Shown one piece after another: positions 12,852-24,272 of a DNA stretch of 35,892 nucleotides. Made by a program: the position numbers and the translations under genes. A model generated the notes under the pieces. The model had not been told where the DNA came from and ran no database searches. It worked only from the letters and a program-made list of their open reading frames with translations. Source of the stretch: Octopus bimaculoides (lineage: Eukaryota); NCBI RefSeq assembly GCF_001194135.2, contig NC_068991.1, positions 79,932,999 to 79,968,890 of the forward strand. Reading direction: 5' to 3'. Position 1 is the stretch's first letter, and the number at the start of each line of letters is the position of its first letter.

Positions 12852-13060
12852 GGTGGTGAACTGGCAGAATCCTTAGCAGACCGGGAAAAGTGCTTAGTGG
12901 CATTTACATTTTGAGTTTACATTCTATACATTCTGGGTTCAAATTCTGCCGATGTTGAATAACTTTCATCCTTTTGGAGTCGATAAAATGAGTACCAGGT
13001 ATTCAGATTACACCCCTGCCCCTTGAAATTACTGGTCTTCCACCAAGATTTGAAACCAGT
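12852..13060 (+). mobile_element. Near full-length tRNA-derived SINE (octopus-type)
   Basis: It has an A-box-like TGGCAGAATC (~12862) and a B-box-like GTTCAAATTC (~12937). The body ctttcatccttttggagtcgataaaatgagtaccag and the 3' end ttgaaacca are homologous to other copies in the window (17327-17504 and the minus-strand copies). Confidence 0.85.
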
Positions 13061-13404
13061 TCTTAGATTGGTCGTTCTCTGTTCTGTCTTCAATGCCATC
13101 ATAATTTTCATCTTTCTTTCTTCTGGTTTCAGCAACCAAGTTGTAGGTTCGATTGAATTGCTTGCTTAATGTACGAAACAACTTTAGTGTTTCGGTCTCT
13201 GTTACAAATTATTACGATTGCTATCAGAGTTACAATAGGGAAGTTTCATGACAGAAAGGTTGCTGTACAGAAGGTAAATTCTTTGTGAGGTGCTATGATT
13301 GCTCTATGCTTTATGCTCTGAACATGTTTCCAATAACGTACCTGTGTGATTGTGCGTTTGTTTTTATGTGCGCTTATACGGAGGTGAATATTCCAACAGA
13401 TTAC

Positions 13405-13470
13405 ATATTTATTTATTTATTTTTTATTTATGTCTTTCAGCCAAGTGGCTGCGGTCATGCTGGTGCACCA
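13405..13470 (-). mobile_element. SINE/LINE 3' tail fragment
   Basis: The reverse complement reads TGGTGCACCAGCATGACCGCAGCCACTTGGCTGAAAGACATAAATAAA, followed by an A-rich simple-repeat tail. It resembles a common octopus retroposon 3' end as recalled. Confidence 0.5.
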
Positions 13471-13574
13471 CACATGTGTAAGTGTCAATTGTGGTGTGTG
13501 TATTAGTTCGCGTATATCAGTCAATGTGAGTGTGTCTCAGTTCGAGTGAGTGTCTAACGCTATGCTCGTATGGG

Positions 13575-13800
13575 AGTGAAGTTGTTTGGTTTAGTGGACA
13601 GCGTATTGATCTACTAATCATAAGATTGTGCGTTCGGTTCCTCGAATGATCGGTAGATTACTCCCTTGAGCAAGGTAATTCATTGCATGTTGCTCCAATT
13701 TACACAAATCTCCAGCGATCACATCCTCAATGACATTTTGAGTCGAGCATGAGAGGACAAATGTATCTCTGTCTACTTCAACTTGAAATGATTAAGGAAA
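13575..13800 (+). mobile_element. Degenerate tRNA-derived SINE of a second (CORE/MIR-like) family
   Basis: A tRNA-like head (ggtttagtggacagcg...gttcggttcc) is followed by cccttgagcaaggtaattcattgcatgttgctcca, which resembles the CORE-type CCTTGAGCAAG(R)CACTT..TTGCTCCA motif. Confidence 0.55.
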
Positions 13801-14504
13801 GCATGGGACGTGCAAACACTTCATACTCCTTTACGAATGACGGTTCTAATTTTCTTCTTATTTTACTGGTGCGCGTATGACCAAGTGCTTTAGTATGTAT
13901 ATGAAGTAATCTACAAACCTATGAGTTTCGTATGAGCATGCTCTTGTGTAATAGTACACACACTCACATTACTACACTTGAAATTATTTGTAGACGTGCG
14001 TGTGGTTTGTATAATCATTGATGAAAATGTTCTTTCTCAATATATATACATCTGGACTCATGTAAAACACACATTCATAAAGACCAACGCACACAACTAT
14101 AACTATATATTCGTCTGTGTATGATTTGTGAGTTATATCTGACTGAATTAGAAGCCAATATCCGCTCATTTCAATAATTCACGTTTTATCAGCGATATAT
14201 CACATCATTCCCAGAATAGAACTGAAAATCTTAATTGCAACTATTGTTCCGTTTCAGTGTATGTGTGTCTGTTGTATAAATACACACACACACATATGTT
14301 CATCTAAATACATACACAAACATATATATATATATATATAATGCATGTGTATATGCATGTATTCGTGTATATGCGTACATATCCTTGAATAGTTGATGAT
14401 CAACGAATAGAGCCAGTATGGATTGAAGCACATATACTTATAGAAACACACAAACACACGCGTGCATACACATACACTCACATTCATACATACACATATA
14501 TATT

Positions 14505-14555
<51 letters not shown>

Positions 14556-16134
14556 GTGTGTGTGTGTGTGTGTATATATNNNNNNNNNNNNNNNNNNNNN
14601 NNNNNNNNNNNNNNNNNNNNNNNNNNNNNNNNNNNNNNNNNNNNNNNNNNNNNNNNNNNNNNNNNNNNNNNNNNNNNNNNNNNNNNNNNNNNNNNNNNNN
14701 NNNNNNNNNNNNNNNNNNNNNNNNNNNNNNNNNNNNNNNNNNNNNNNNNNNNNNNNNNNNNNNNNNNNNNNNNNNNNNNNNNNNNNNNNNNNNNNNNNNN
14801 NNNNNNNNNNNNNNNNNNNNNNNNNNNNNNNNNNNNNNNNNNNNNNNNNNNNNNNNNNNNNNNNNNNNNNNNNNNNNNNNNNNNNNNNNNNNNNNNNNNN
14901 NNNNNNNNNNNNNNNNNNNNNNNNNNNNNNNNNNNNNNNNNNNNNNNNNNNNNNNNNNNNNNNNNNNNNNNNNNNNNNNNNNNNNNNNNNNNNNNNNNNN
15001 NNNNNNNNNNNNNNNNNNNNNNNNNNNNNNNNNNNNNNNNNNNNNNNNNNNNNNNNNNNNNNNNNNNNNNNNNNNNNNNNNNNNNNNNNNNNNNNNNNNN
15101 NNNNNNNNNNNNNNNNNNNNNNNNNNNNNNNNNNNNNNNNNNNNNNNNNNNNNNNNNNNNNNNNNNNNNNNNNNNNNNNNNNNNNNNNNNNNNNNNNNNN
15201 NNNNNNNNNNNNNNNNNNNNNNNNNNNNNNNNNNNNNNNNNNNNNNNNNNNNNNNNNNNNNNNNNNNNNNNNNNNNNNNNNNNNNNNNNNNNNNNNNNNN
15301 NNNNNNNNNNNNNNNNNNNNNNNNNNNNNNNNNNNNNNNNNNNNNNNNNNNNNNNNNNNNNNNNNNNNNNNNNNNNNNNNNNNNNNNNNNNNNNNNNNNN
15401 NNNNNNNNNNNNNNNNNNNNNNNNNNNNNNNNNNNNNNNNNNNNNNNNNNNNNNNNNNNNNNNNNNNNNNNNNNNNNNNNNNNNNNNNNNNNNNNNNNTA
15501 TATATATATATATATATATATATATGCATATATATGTATATATATAGACGATTTTGCATGTTTCCCCATGGCTTTCGGTATACACACAAATGCACACTCA
15601 CACATACACATATGTATAAATACATATATACATTCGTACATACATCAGAGAAAAAGAGAGGAGAATATTCTCAAAAGTACCGGAAACACTACGTAATTTA
15701 TGAATCAGTAGCAGCATGATTGATGACATTGAGAGCGAACTTATCGGAGTTCATTAATTAGTTATATGTATTATGACACTCATGTATCAACAGGTGTATT
15801 CAATCACTGTGTCGAATTGTAAACAATCTTTCATTTGAAATTGTTGATCAATAGAAATATTTCTGCTGTCCAATACTGTAAACGTAAACAAAAGGAACTG
15901 GACAATTTCCGAAATCATCCATCTGGATATTCTTTGTTCCTTGTTGTACTCTAATTATAACTAATAATATGAATGGCCAATATAATATCAAACGTTAAAT
16001 AAAGGGCATTTTAGTGGAGAACGTTTTAGTATAAGTGTCAACGAAGGGAAAAGGTTAAAGAGTTTCCTTATGATTTTGGCAGAAAACTGTGTTTTTTACG
16101 CACTCACTATCCATTTGTTAAGTCTTTCATTATA

Positions 16135-16355
16135 GTTCCTAATTTAGGTACAAAGCTAGCAATCTCCTCTAGAGGGGCATAATTAGTCGAAACAATTGAC
16201 CTAACTGCTTGATTAACAACCCGGAGTTGCTGAGAAATAGAGTTGATCTCGGAAAGATTTGGATTCTTAACGTAAGGTCACGGGACAAATATCCGAAAGC
16301 TGTATTTTTCCGACGCTCTAACGACTCTGTCGGAGCACCGCCATTAATGGCTTCT
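16135..16355 (-). mobile_element. tRNA-derived SINE, near full length, degenerate
   Basis: The reverse complement starts GGCGGTGCTCCGACAGAGTCGTTAGAGCGTCGGAAAAA...TTACGTTAAGAATCCAAATC..GAGATCAAC. It is homologous to the copies at 12852 and 17327. Confidence 0.7.
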
Positions 16356-16389
16356 CTTTAAAACCCAAGACCAACAACATTAAGCAAAG

Positions 16390-16510
16390 AGTTGGTCGAT
16401 TACATAGATTTTAGTATTTGATACTTTAATTTATCGCCCCTGGAGAGATGAGAAAAAAATGTTGACTTCGATGTGATGTGTTTTCAGAATGTAAAAGCAC
16501 GAATTAAGTT
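16390..16510 (-). mobile_element. tRNA-derived SINE fragment
   Basis: The plus strand reads gtcgattacatag..tttatcgcccctggagagatg..gttgacttcg..tcagaatgtaaa. This is the reverse complement of the SINE body (cgtaatcgac / tcgataaa / ttctga). Confidence 0.65.
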
Positions 16511-17118
16511 CTTAATAATGACATTTGATACCAATGTGTTTCAATATTCCCCTTTCTCTTGAAATATCTCCATGCGAAAACACAAACATAATTTTTTACT
16601 CAAATCTGTGTTTTTCAATATTGGTTGCTTTCTTTTACAAACACTAGTAACATTTTTCTTTTTTACTTTTCTAGTTTGTTAAAACGTCCAGTCACGCAAT
16701 ATAAGATGTGCTGCACAGTTGTAATAATATGCATTTATTATTTCTCCTTTATGATCAAAATCCAGCGACATTTCAGAGTAGACTACAATTTAGTAACAGG
16801 AAAGGAGTTCGCAGAGGAAGAATCCGGAGAGGAGAAATGTTAGGGGTCGAGAATCAACAAAGGCATTCCTAAAAGGTCGAGTATAAGAATTTACTCATAC
16901 TGAAGAGTATTCTTTCAGAGCTGTAAATATGGTTTGTTTCTGCATGATATCACAAGAGTCCTTATCCCTCACACAGCCCCACTCAACCGCCAGAGGACAT
17001 CCATCAAAGTCTAATGATTTTTACCTCTGAACACGGGGAAACGAACCATGATGAAAGATTCCTTTCCAATCACAAACCTCGTTGAAAGTTACTTCTAGAT
17101 TTGATCATCGTACGAGTC

Positions 17119-17237
17119 GACAGAATCATCAACGATGTGGACCTTAGCGGCATTTCTTCTGCTTCTTTACGTTCTGAGTTCAGCTGAGTTTGACTTTTCT
17201 TTCCACTCTTGAGAAATAATAAATAAAAATACCAGTC
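17119..17237 (+). mobile_element. tRNA-derived SINE fragment
   Basis: cttagcggcatttcttctgcttctttacgttctgagttc..taaaaataccag closely matches the copy at 17327. Confidence 0.7.
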
Positions 17238-17326
17238 GGTGTAATCTACGAGACCTTACTACGAGACCCCCGACCCACAACTTTTAAAGCCTTCTGCCTA
17301 TAGTAGAAAGAATCATTATTACTATT

Positions 17327-17502
17327 ATGCTTAGCGGCATTTCGTCTGTTTTTACGTTCTGAGATCAAATCCCGCCGCGGTTGAATTTGGCTTTCATCCT
17401 TTCGGAGTCGATAAATTAAGTACTAGTAAAACAGTGGGGGTCAATGTAATCGACTAGTCTCCTGCCCCAAAATTTCAGGCCGTGTGCCTTTAGTAAGAAG
17501 GA

Positions 17503-17504
<2 letters not shown>
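17327..17504 (+). mobile_element. tRNA-derived SINE (3' two-thirds) with (ATT)n tail
   Basis: atgcttagcggcatttcgtctgtttttacgttctgagatcaaatcccgccg..ctttcatcctttcggagtcgataaattaagtactag..gtcaatgtaatcgact..cccaaaatttcaggccgtgtgcc runs directly into an (ATT)n array. Confidence 0.85.
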
Positions 17505-17558
<54 letters not shown>

Positions 17559-17632
17559 ATTATTATTATTATTATTATTGTTGTTGTTGTTGTTGTTGTT
17601 GTTATTATTATTGTTACCATTAATATTATCAT

Positions 17633-17664
<32 letters not shown>

Positions 17665-17665
17665 T
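17505..17665. repeat. Compound (ATT)n/(GTT)n/(AGT)n microsatellite
   Basis: Seen directly; begins as the tail of the SINE at 17327-17504. Confidence 0.95.
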
Positions 17666-17984
17666 CTTTATCTGCACGTGTATTTATATGGTATATCTAT
17701 CTACACGTATGTGTGAGCGTGCCCGTATGCGTGTCCATGTGTGTCTGGGGGGGGGGCTTTGGGTGTGTATACGTATGTATGTAAATATGTGTTGTACATT
17801 ATTATAAAAAATTGCCGATACGGTGCGCCATCATTATAGAATTATGAAAAACTCTCATGAATGCCCACACACATTCAGTGAAACACAGACAGACGAACAC
17901 TGTCGCACTGATATGAGTGTAGAGGTCTACACACACACACACATGCATATATATGTGTACATAAACATATGTGTATATATATAT

Positions 17985-18023
<39 letters not shown>

Positions 18024-18798
18024 CATACATTCAAAATCATATATCATTAAGTGCATTATAAGTATCTAGAATTAGAAATGTTGATTTCGTTGTAACTAGC
18101 TACAGATGTAAACAAATTTATGCAAACAAACATAAATGCGATTACATAATCAGCATTGTAAATACCCATAATTTGATTTTTATATCTTTGCATTTGCATA
18201 TATCCACACCGCCACATACACACACACACATGCATACACATACATTATATGTATATTCAATATGACTATTTTTTACAATTACTTAAATTAAAATATGCTC
18301 ATAGAAAATTTTCAGAATTAACACAAGCAACACACGTCATGTAAACAATTGTGCGATTATAACACAAACCTGAGTTCTGACTTGTGAACCTTCATAGGTT
18401 TCGTTCCTTCTTTTATTTATATATGATGGTGCACAACAATTATACATTGTTGTGGAAAATGTGTCTGTCTAACATCAATATACATATTTACTCAAGTTTT
18501 TTACCGAATTCCATACATTAAATTAGTATTTTTATTATGAATACGAAATTATTTCCTTTTTATGTTTCATGATTAATATTCATCACCCTTTTGCTTGCTT
18601 AACTTGTCCGCTCATATCGCATCTAGCTTTCTACACACATACATACACATACACACACAGACACGCATGCACGCAGGCAGGCAGGCAGGCAGGCACACAT
18701 GCACATACACACATACATACATATATATATGTGTATATATATATGAGTTATGTTATCAAAGTTTAGTACAACAAACAGGATGAATAGAATTCACACAC

Positions 18799-18799
<1 letters not shown>

Positions 18800-18897
<98 letters not shown>

Positions 18898-18923
18898 TAC
18901 ATGCATATATATATGTGTATATA

Positions 18924-18997
<74 letters not shown>

Positions 18998-19035
18998 TAA
19001 ATAAATAGATAAATATATATATATAGAGAGAGAGG
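18800..19035. repeat. Compound (GATA)n/(TA)n/(GA)n microsatellite
   Basis: Seen directly. Confidence 0.95.
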
Positions 19036-19674
19036 GGGGAGATACACAAACACACACACACATGCACGTACATATATATGTGAGCCTTTGTGTTGTTGCC
19101 ACTCTTGCGTATAATAATGATCTTATATTCTTAAAGGTATCCTTTTCCATTTAACCAAATAAATGGTAGACTTTGGTACAACGTAATAAAAGTGAACACT
19201 TAATATTTATAACGTTACGAAAATCTTAGATTTTATATGGAACATTCATTATCTCAAAGGCAGAATTTGCTCTCAGTAGACAATGTAACCTTTTCTTTAT
19301 CATCTTTGCTAATAATGCCCTTTAGCATTTCAATATTTATTGCTTGCTCTACATATATACACAAGTAGGAATCAAAAACGCCTCGCAATATTAAAAGACT
19401 CTATAAAAGCTAGATATTTCTTAATCTTTCTCTCGAGAGGACCAAAGAAGAACTTTGATGCCACCACGTTTCTTAAAATATCTTTTTGCAACACTATTTC
19501 AACGAAAGCATAGATGACTTATTTCCCCCAAGACCATCCACTAATCATTCCATTCTAATCATTCTTCTTCATTTCTTCAAGCATTTCCTGAAATCCTTGA
19601 AGGATTTAAATTTCACAGACTATCACAATGCTCAGGTATCGAACTTCTGAAAACAGAAAAGCCATAATAAACAG

Positions 19675-19719
19675 AACAACACCACCAACAACAACGACAA
19701 CAACGACGACTACGATGAA

Positions 19720-19791
<72 letters not shown>

Positions 19792-20049
19792 AATGATGAA
19801 AATGATGATGATGTGGAAAGTAATAATGATGATATTGATAATATTAATTATTATTATAAAAATGTTTTCTTTATTCATTATCAATATCAACAATATATAA
19901 ATCAAAAGAACAATAACCAGTATTAGTAATAGTAGTTGTTGTAGTGGCTGTTGTTGCTGTTTGTATTTGTAGGAGTAGATGGAGTGATGAAGATGATGAT
20001 GATGATGTTGATGATGATGACGACGATCATGGTGTTTTTATCATTATTA

Positions 20050-20095
<46 letters not shown>

Positions 20096-20106
20096 CATTA
20101 TTATTA

Positions 20107-20185
<79 letters not shown>

Positions 20186-20290
20186 AGAACAACGCAATAT
20201 ACAACAGTTACAGCAACAACACCATCAAGACGAAGAGAAACAACAACAGCAACAACAATAATAATAATAGTAATAATAACAACAACAACA
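19675..20290. repeat. Compound trinucleotide array: (ACA/ACG)n, (GAT)n, (ATT)n, (CAA)n, (AAT)n
   Basis: Seen directly; it produces the poly-M, poly-I, poly-N and poly-L pseudo-ORFs. Confidence 0.95.
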
Positions 20291-20574
20291 AATGCAAAAC
20301 GTTGCCATTACATGAGTTGCCAAGAATACTGGAATATTGTCTGCTGGTATTCAGCCCACGCTCACACACTCATAGCGACTCTTAAGCCGAGCCGTTGGGA
20401 GTTCTCTCTCACTGATTAACTAAATTTCCTTTCATCTAAATCAATATTTCATACTTGGAGATGATTTTCGTTTTCAAATCGTAATTTTATCAGTGGTGGA
20501 AAAAGGAACCTAACCGAATAAATTAAGCCGTTTCTATTTCTGTGACTGCAGCACAGAGAAACTGTTACGTTGCT

Positions 20575-21015
20575 GTTCTTGTTGTTGCTGGTGATGATGA
20601 CGATGACGATGATGATGATGACGACGACGACGACGACGATGTTGATGATGATGATGATGATGATGATGATGTTGATGATTATTATGATGATGATGGTGAT
20701 GTTGGTACAGCTGCTGTTGTTGATGTAGATGATTTCACTATTTTTGTTATTGTTCTTTTACTTGATAGCGATGTTGCTCCTATTGTTGCTGTTGTCGTTG
20801 TTGATAATGGTGATGATGATAATCATGATAATGATGATGATGATGATGATGATGATGAGGATAATGATGACGACGACGACGACGACGATGATGATGATTG
20901 TGTTGTTGATGCAGTTGTAGATGATAAGTATGTCATTTTTATTCCTCATACTGGCATTGTTGTACTTTTTGATGATGATTATGACGATGGTAATAATGAT
21001 GATAGTAATGATGAA
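20575..21015. repeat. Degenerate (GAT/GAC/GTT)n trinucleotide array
   Basis: Seen directly; it produces the poly-Asp pseudo-ORF 20542-21153. Confidence 0.9.
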
Positions 21016-21465
21016 CCGCAAGTTAACACCCGGCAATCAAATACATTGTCGATATTCCCTTTCCTCTTATTTTCATCGTTTATGAAGGACTCCCATATCC
21101 CAGTGTGTCCTTCCTTATATAAAACAACAGTGTGGAATCTAACGAAGATATGACTGCAATATTTGCGTATCACGTTACACTACTGAAAGCCCATTGCGCT
21201 GGTAATTTCTGCATCTTACACGACCGGAACGAAATATTGGTCTTTTCACCTTTCAAACTCTCAGAATTGATAAAACTTGCATTAATGGTTGAACGGTTAA
21301 GACGTCCGTTTCACAGCTACATAATCATGCGTTCTCTTACACTGCCTAGCAAATTGGGAATGTATCATTATGAGGCGACCAGAACCATGGGAACGAATTT
21401 GGAAGGTGGTATTTTGTAGAACTACGTGCAATATAGATATATCATTCACTAAGTCACACGTCTCC

Positions 21466-21502
21466 TGTTTCTGAAGAACAGTTTTGCTCGAAATGTAAAG
21501 CA
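21466..21502 (+). ncRNA. Minimal type-I hammerhead-ribozyme-like motif (decayed), probably from a Penelope-like element or retrozyme repeat
   Basis: The layout is TGTTT-CTGAAGA-A-CAGTTTTGCTC-GAAA-TGT-A-AAGCA. It has the CUGANGA and GAAA cores and a 5-bp stem I (UGUUU/AAGCA, one G-U pair). The stem II closing pair is broken (C-C). A homologous copy lies at 32294. Confidence 0.55.
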
Positions 21503-22154
21503 CCCTTTCATTCCTTCCCTGGCAGGCAATATGGAATCCGTTGGAATGTCGCTAGCTGCGAAACCGCATGCTGGTCTTACATTATTCACGTTTACGTTTT
21601 TGTTTATAGGGTTGGAAATAAGGTTAATGTTCGATTTTTTTAATAAAGTTACAGTTACTAACCTTCTTCCTATGTTCCTATGTTCGCAGAAAAATAATTT
21701 TATTCTGGATGCAGATCGTCCCATTATGACTTCAAGCTATTCATATAACCAACAGTAGGCTTTTGTTTCACTTTTTTGTAGCAGTTAAATAGACCAGTAT
21801 CATAACTCCAAGAGAAATGGGTTTTGCAATTACGGTTTCTTCAAGAAATCAGTTTCAGAAAGAATTTGTTTACCTGTCGAGCTGCTGTTTTCGTTTTGTT
21901 TCTCGGTTGTGTTGTTGTTGATGTTGTGTCCAGCCATATTGTTTGTAGTAATTTTTTCTACATGCTAAATTCAAGTTTCAGTCAAAATCATTACGATCAT
22001 GGATAAAAGACTCCTTCTGTTAATTCATCCGAAGATTTACCATTTATTAAACAGGGCTGATAGTTGTGGCTTCAAAGTTGGAGACTGTATTCATCGTATT
22101 TTCGATAAATAGTCTCCCACGCCAAATACGCCACTTGTCATTTCGAGTTCGTAA

Positions 22155-22165
22155 TGTATGTATGC

Positions 22166-22196
<31 letters not shown>

Positions 22197-22252
22197 CATG
22201 CATGTATGTATGTATGTATGTATGTATGTATGTATGTATGTATGTATGTATG
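22155..22252. repeat. (TATG)n microsatellite
   Basis: Seen directly. Confidence 0.95.
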
Positions 22253-22744
22253 AGTGTGTGCTTAGGTGTGTAGACTGCATATCTGCCTTTCCATGAGTCT
22301 TTCTCCATGTCATGTTATGTCTGCCTTAAGTTCGAAACCACTTGAAAAACTCATTGTTTGTAAACCAAAACTTAGCTGCTTGTTATAAAAAATCGCTACA
22401 ACCAGAGTTGAAGCAGTGAGTGCCGTTTGATATGACCCGTTAAATTCCCTTCAGAATGACGCCCCAGAATGGACGTAATTTAATGAAAGAAACGATTATA
22501 TTGAATAAATAAAATTCCCATGCAGCAGAGTAAAGAACTTAGCATTTTTGGAAGAAACCACCTGAAAGAATAATGTTTTAAGCACGTGACTATTTTGTAC
22601 TTGCTCTTTACTAACTCTAATCGTCACTATCTTCACCCATATTGAAGAGTTTTAAAATCCAATCAAGTACATTGTTGACCGTTCCCACTTTCTAAGTTTA
22701 TAACGATATAGTTTTGTCATAAATATATAAATCAACAAATGAAA

Positions 22745-22767
22745 TAATAATAGTAATAATAATAATG

Positions 22768-22808
<41 letters not shown>

Positions 22809-22835
22809 AATGATAATAATAATAATAATAATAAT
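22745..22835. repeat. (AAT)n microsatellite
   Basis: Seen directly. Confidence 0.95.
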
Positions 22836-23597
22836 TTTGGCGCAAATAATATTCATGTAAAAATACAATGAATTCAGTTTTATTTTAAATCTTATCTTCT
22901 ATGCACCGTATTATTATCGAAAATACACTTTTAGTATTTTGTCTCTCATACTTAGTTCTTTTTTTAAAATTTACTGTATTCAAGGTATGTGAAGTAAAAG
23001 CGATTGTGTTTGGTTCTAGCATTTTGTTTATGAAATTGGTAGACGTTTAATCTTTCCTCTTAAGTAGGCTATTTAAAAAACAATGGACGCGACTATCGTC
23101 TGGCTTTGTCAGAATTACAATTCATTCAAAAGTTTACATTCTGCTTAATATGCTTGATACTTCGTATTTATTTTTTCCAGTGAACTATTATACAGTATAA
23201 TTTTTGTCTGTGTGTTTCCGTGCATATATACACACACACACACACACAAACATATATATATATATATNNNNNNNNNNATATACGTATTTATGAATGCATT
23301 TATGTGTATATAAGAATACACGTATAGAAATATATGTGTGATTGTGTTGTCTGAGTCTAACTAGCTACGTGTAACGTACATAGCTTGTTTCTGTATGAAT
23401 ATATTTTACAACACAAGCACACATAAACACACAAACACACACATACAAACACACATGAATGTGAGCGCATGCATTTATATACACACACCCACACACACAT
23501 ATATTTATTTATTTATTTATGCTCGTTTATATTATATATGCGCACAGATTTATGTGTGTTTTTGTTGTAAAATATATTGATGGGGAAACAAGCTAAA

Positions 23598-23645
<48 letters not shown>

Positions 23646-24229
23646 GCACTTACTTTCATTTCGTGGAATAACCTTTAGATGATAGATACCACCAATGTAT
23701 ATTTGACTGTCTCATGTGTTAATGTTTGAGATGTTAGGATAATATTTTACGTGTAAAATTGACCGAAAGCAAATATGTTGCCTGAAATTATAGGATATTC
23801 ACTTATCACTAATAGGTTTCCAAATAACCTAAAATAAGTGTGAAAGGTGAGGGGTGTTGCTATAAAAACAGTAAGTAGAGAAAGAAGAGAAAATATAGGT
23901 GGAATAGAAATTGATGATAAAATAGAGACGACAATTGAAATGTGAAGCAATTTCAAAAATCTAAAACTATGTTACAGGGCTTAAAGAAAAACTGACTGGT
24001 AGATATGAATGTTCACCTTCAGTTGTACATCATGATTGTCCTAAAGTCGATAATGAAACTGACCGAAGCTGAGCTAAACTTGGCTATTCTAGATTGTTAT
24101 TTTATTATTTCTAAAAAAGAAGAGGAGGATGAACACACCCATGCATTGCACCCGTGGAGATAGGGAAGACCTGAACTTGAAATCATGTAATTGGGAAGTA
24201 AATTTCTAATCACACAGCCGCGCCCTCGC

Positions 24230-24272
<43 letters not shown>

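Noticed and set aside
13228-13273. 46-nt exon-like segment VTIGKFHDRKVAVQK resembling kinase subdomains I-II
   Set aside because: It lacks the invariant Lys (VAVK), the acceptor is weak and no other kinase exons were found.
20542-21153. 203-aa Asp-rich ORF
   Set aside because: Translation of a GAT/GAC repeat array, with a non-ATG start, no domain and no splice support.
21437-21650. Open frame containing FCSKCKAPFH (IBR/zinc-finger-like)
   Set aside because: The CxxC segment lies within the dispersed hammerhead-like repeat, so the similarity is incidental.
22455-22474. 20-nt AG/GT-bounded segment reading NDAPEW (cadherin-like)
   Set aside because: Too short, not frame-preserving, and no other cadherin motifs nearby.
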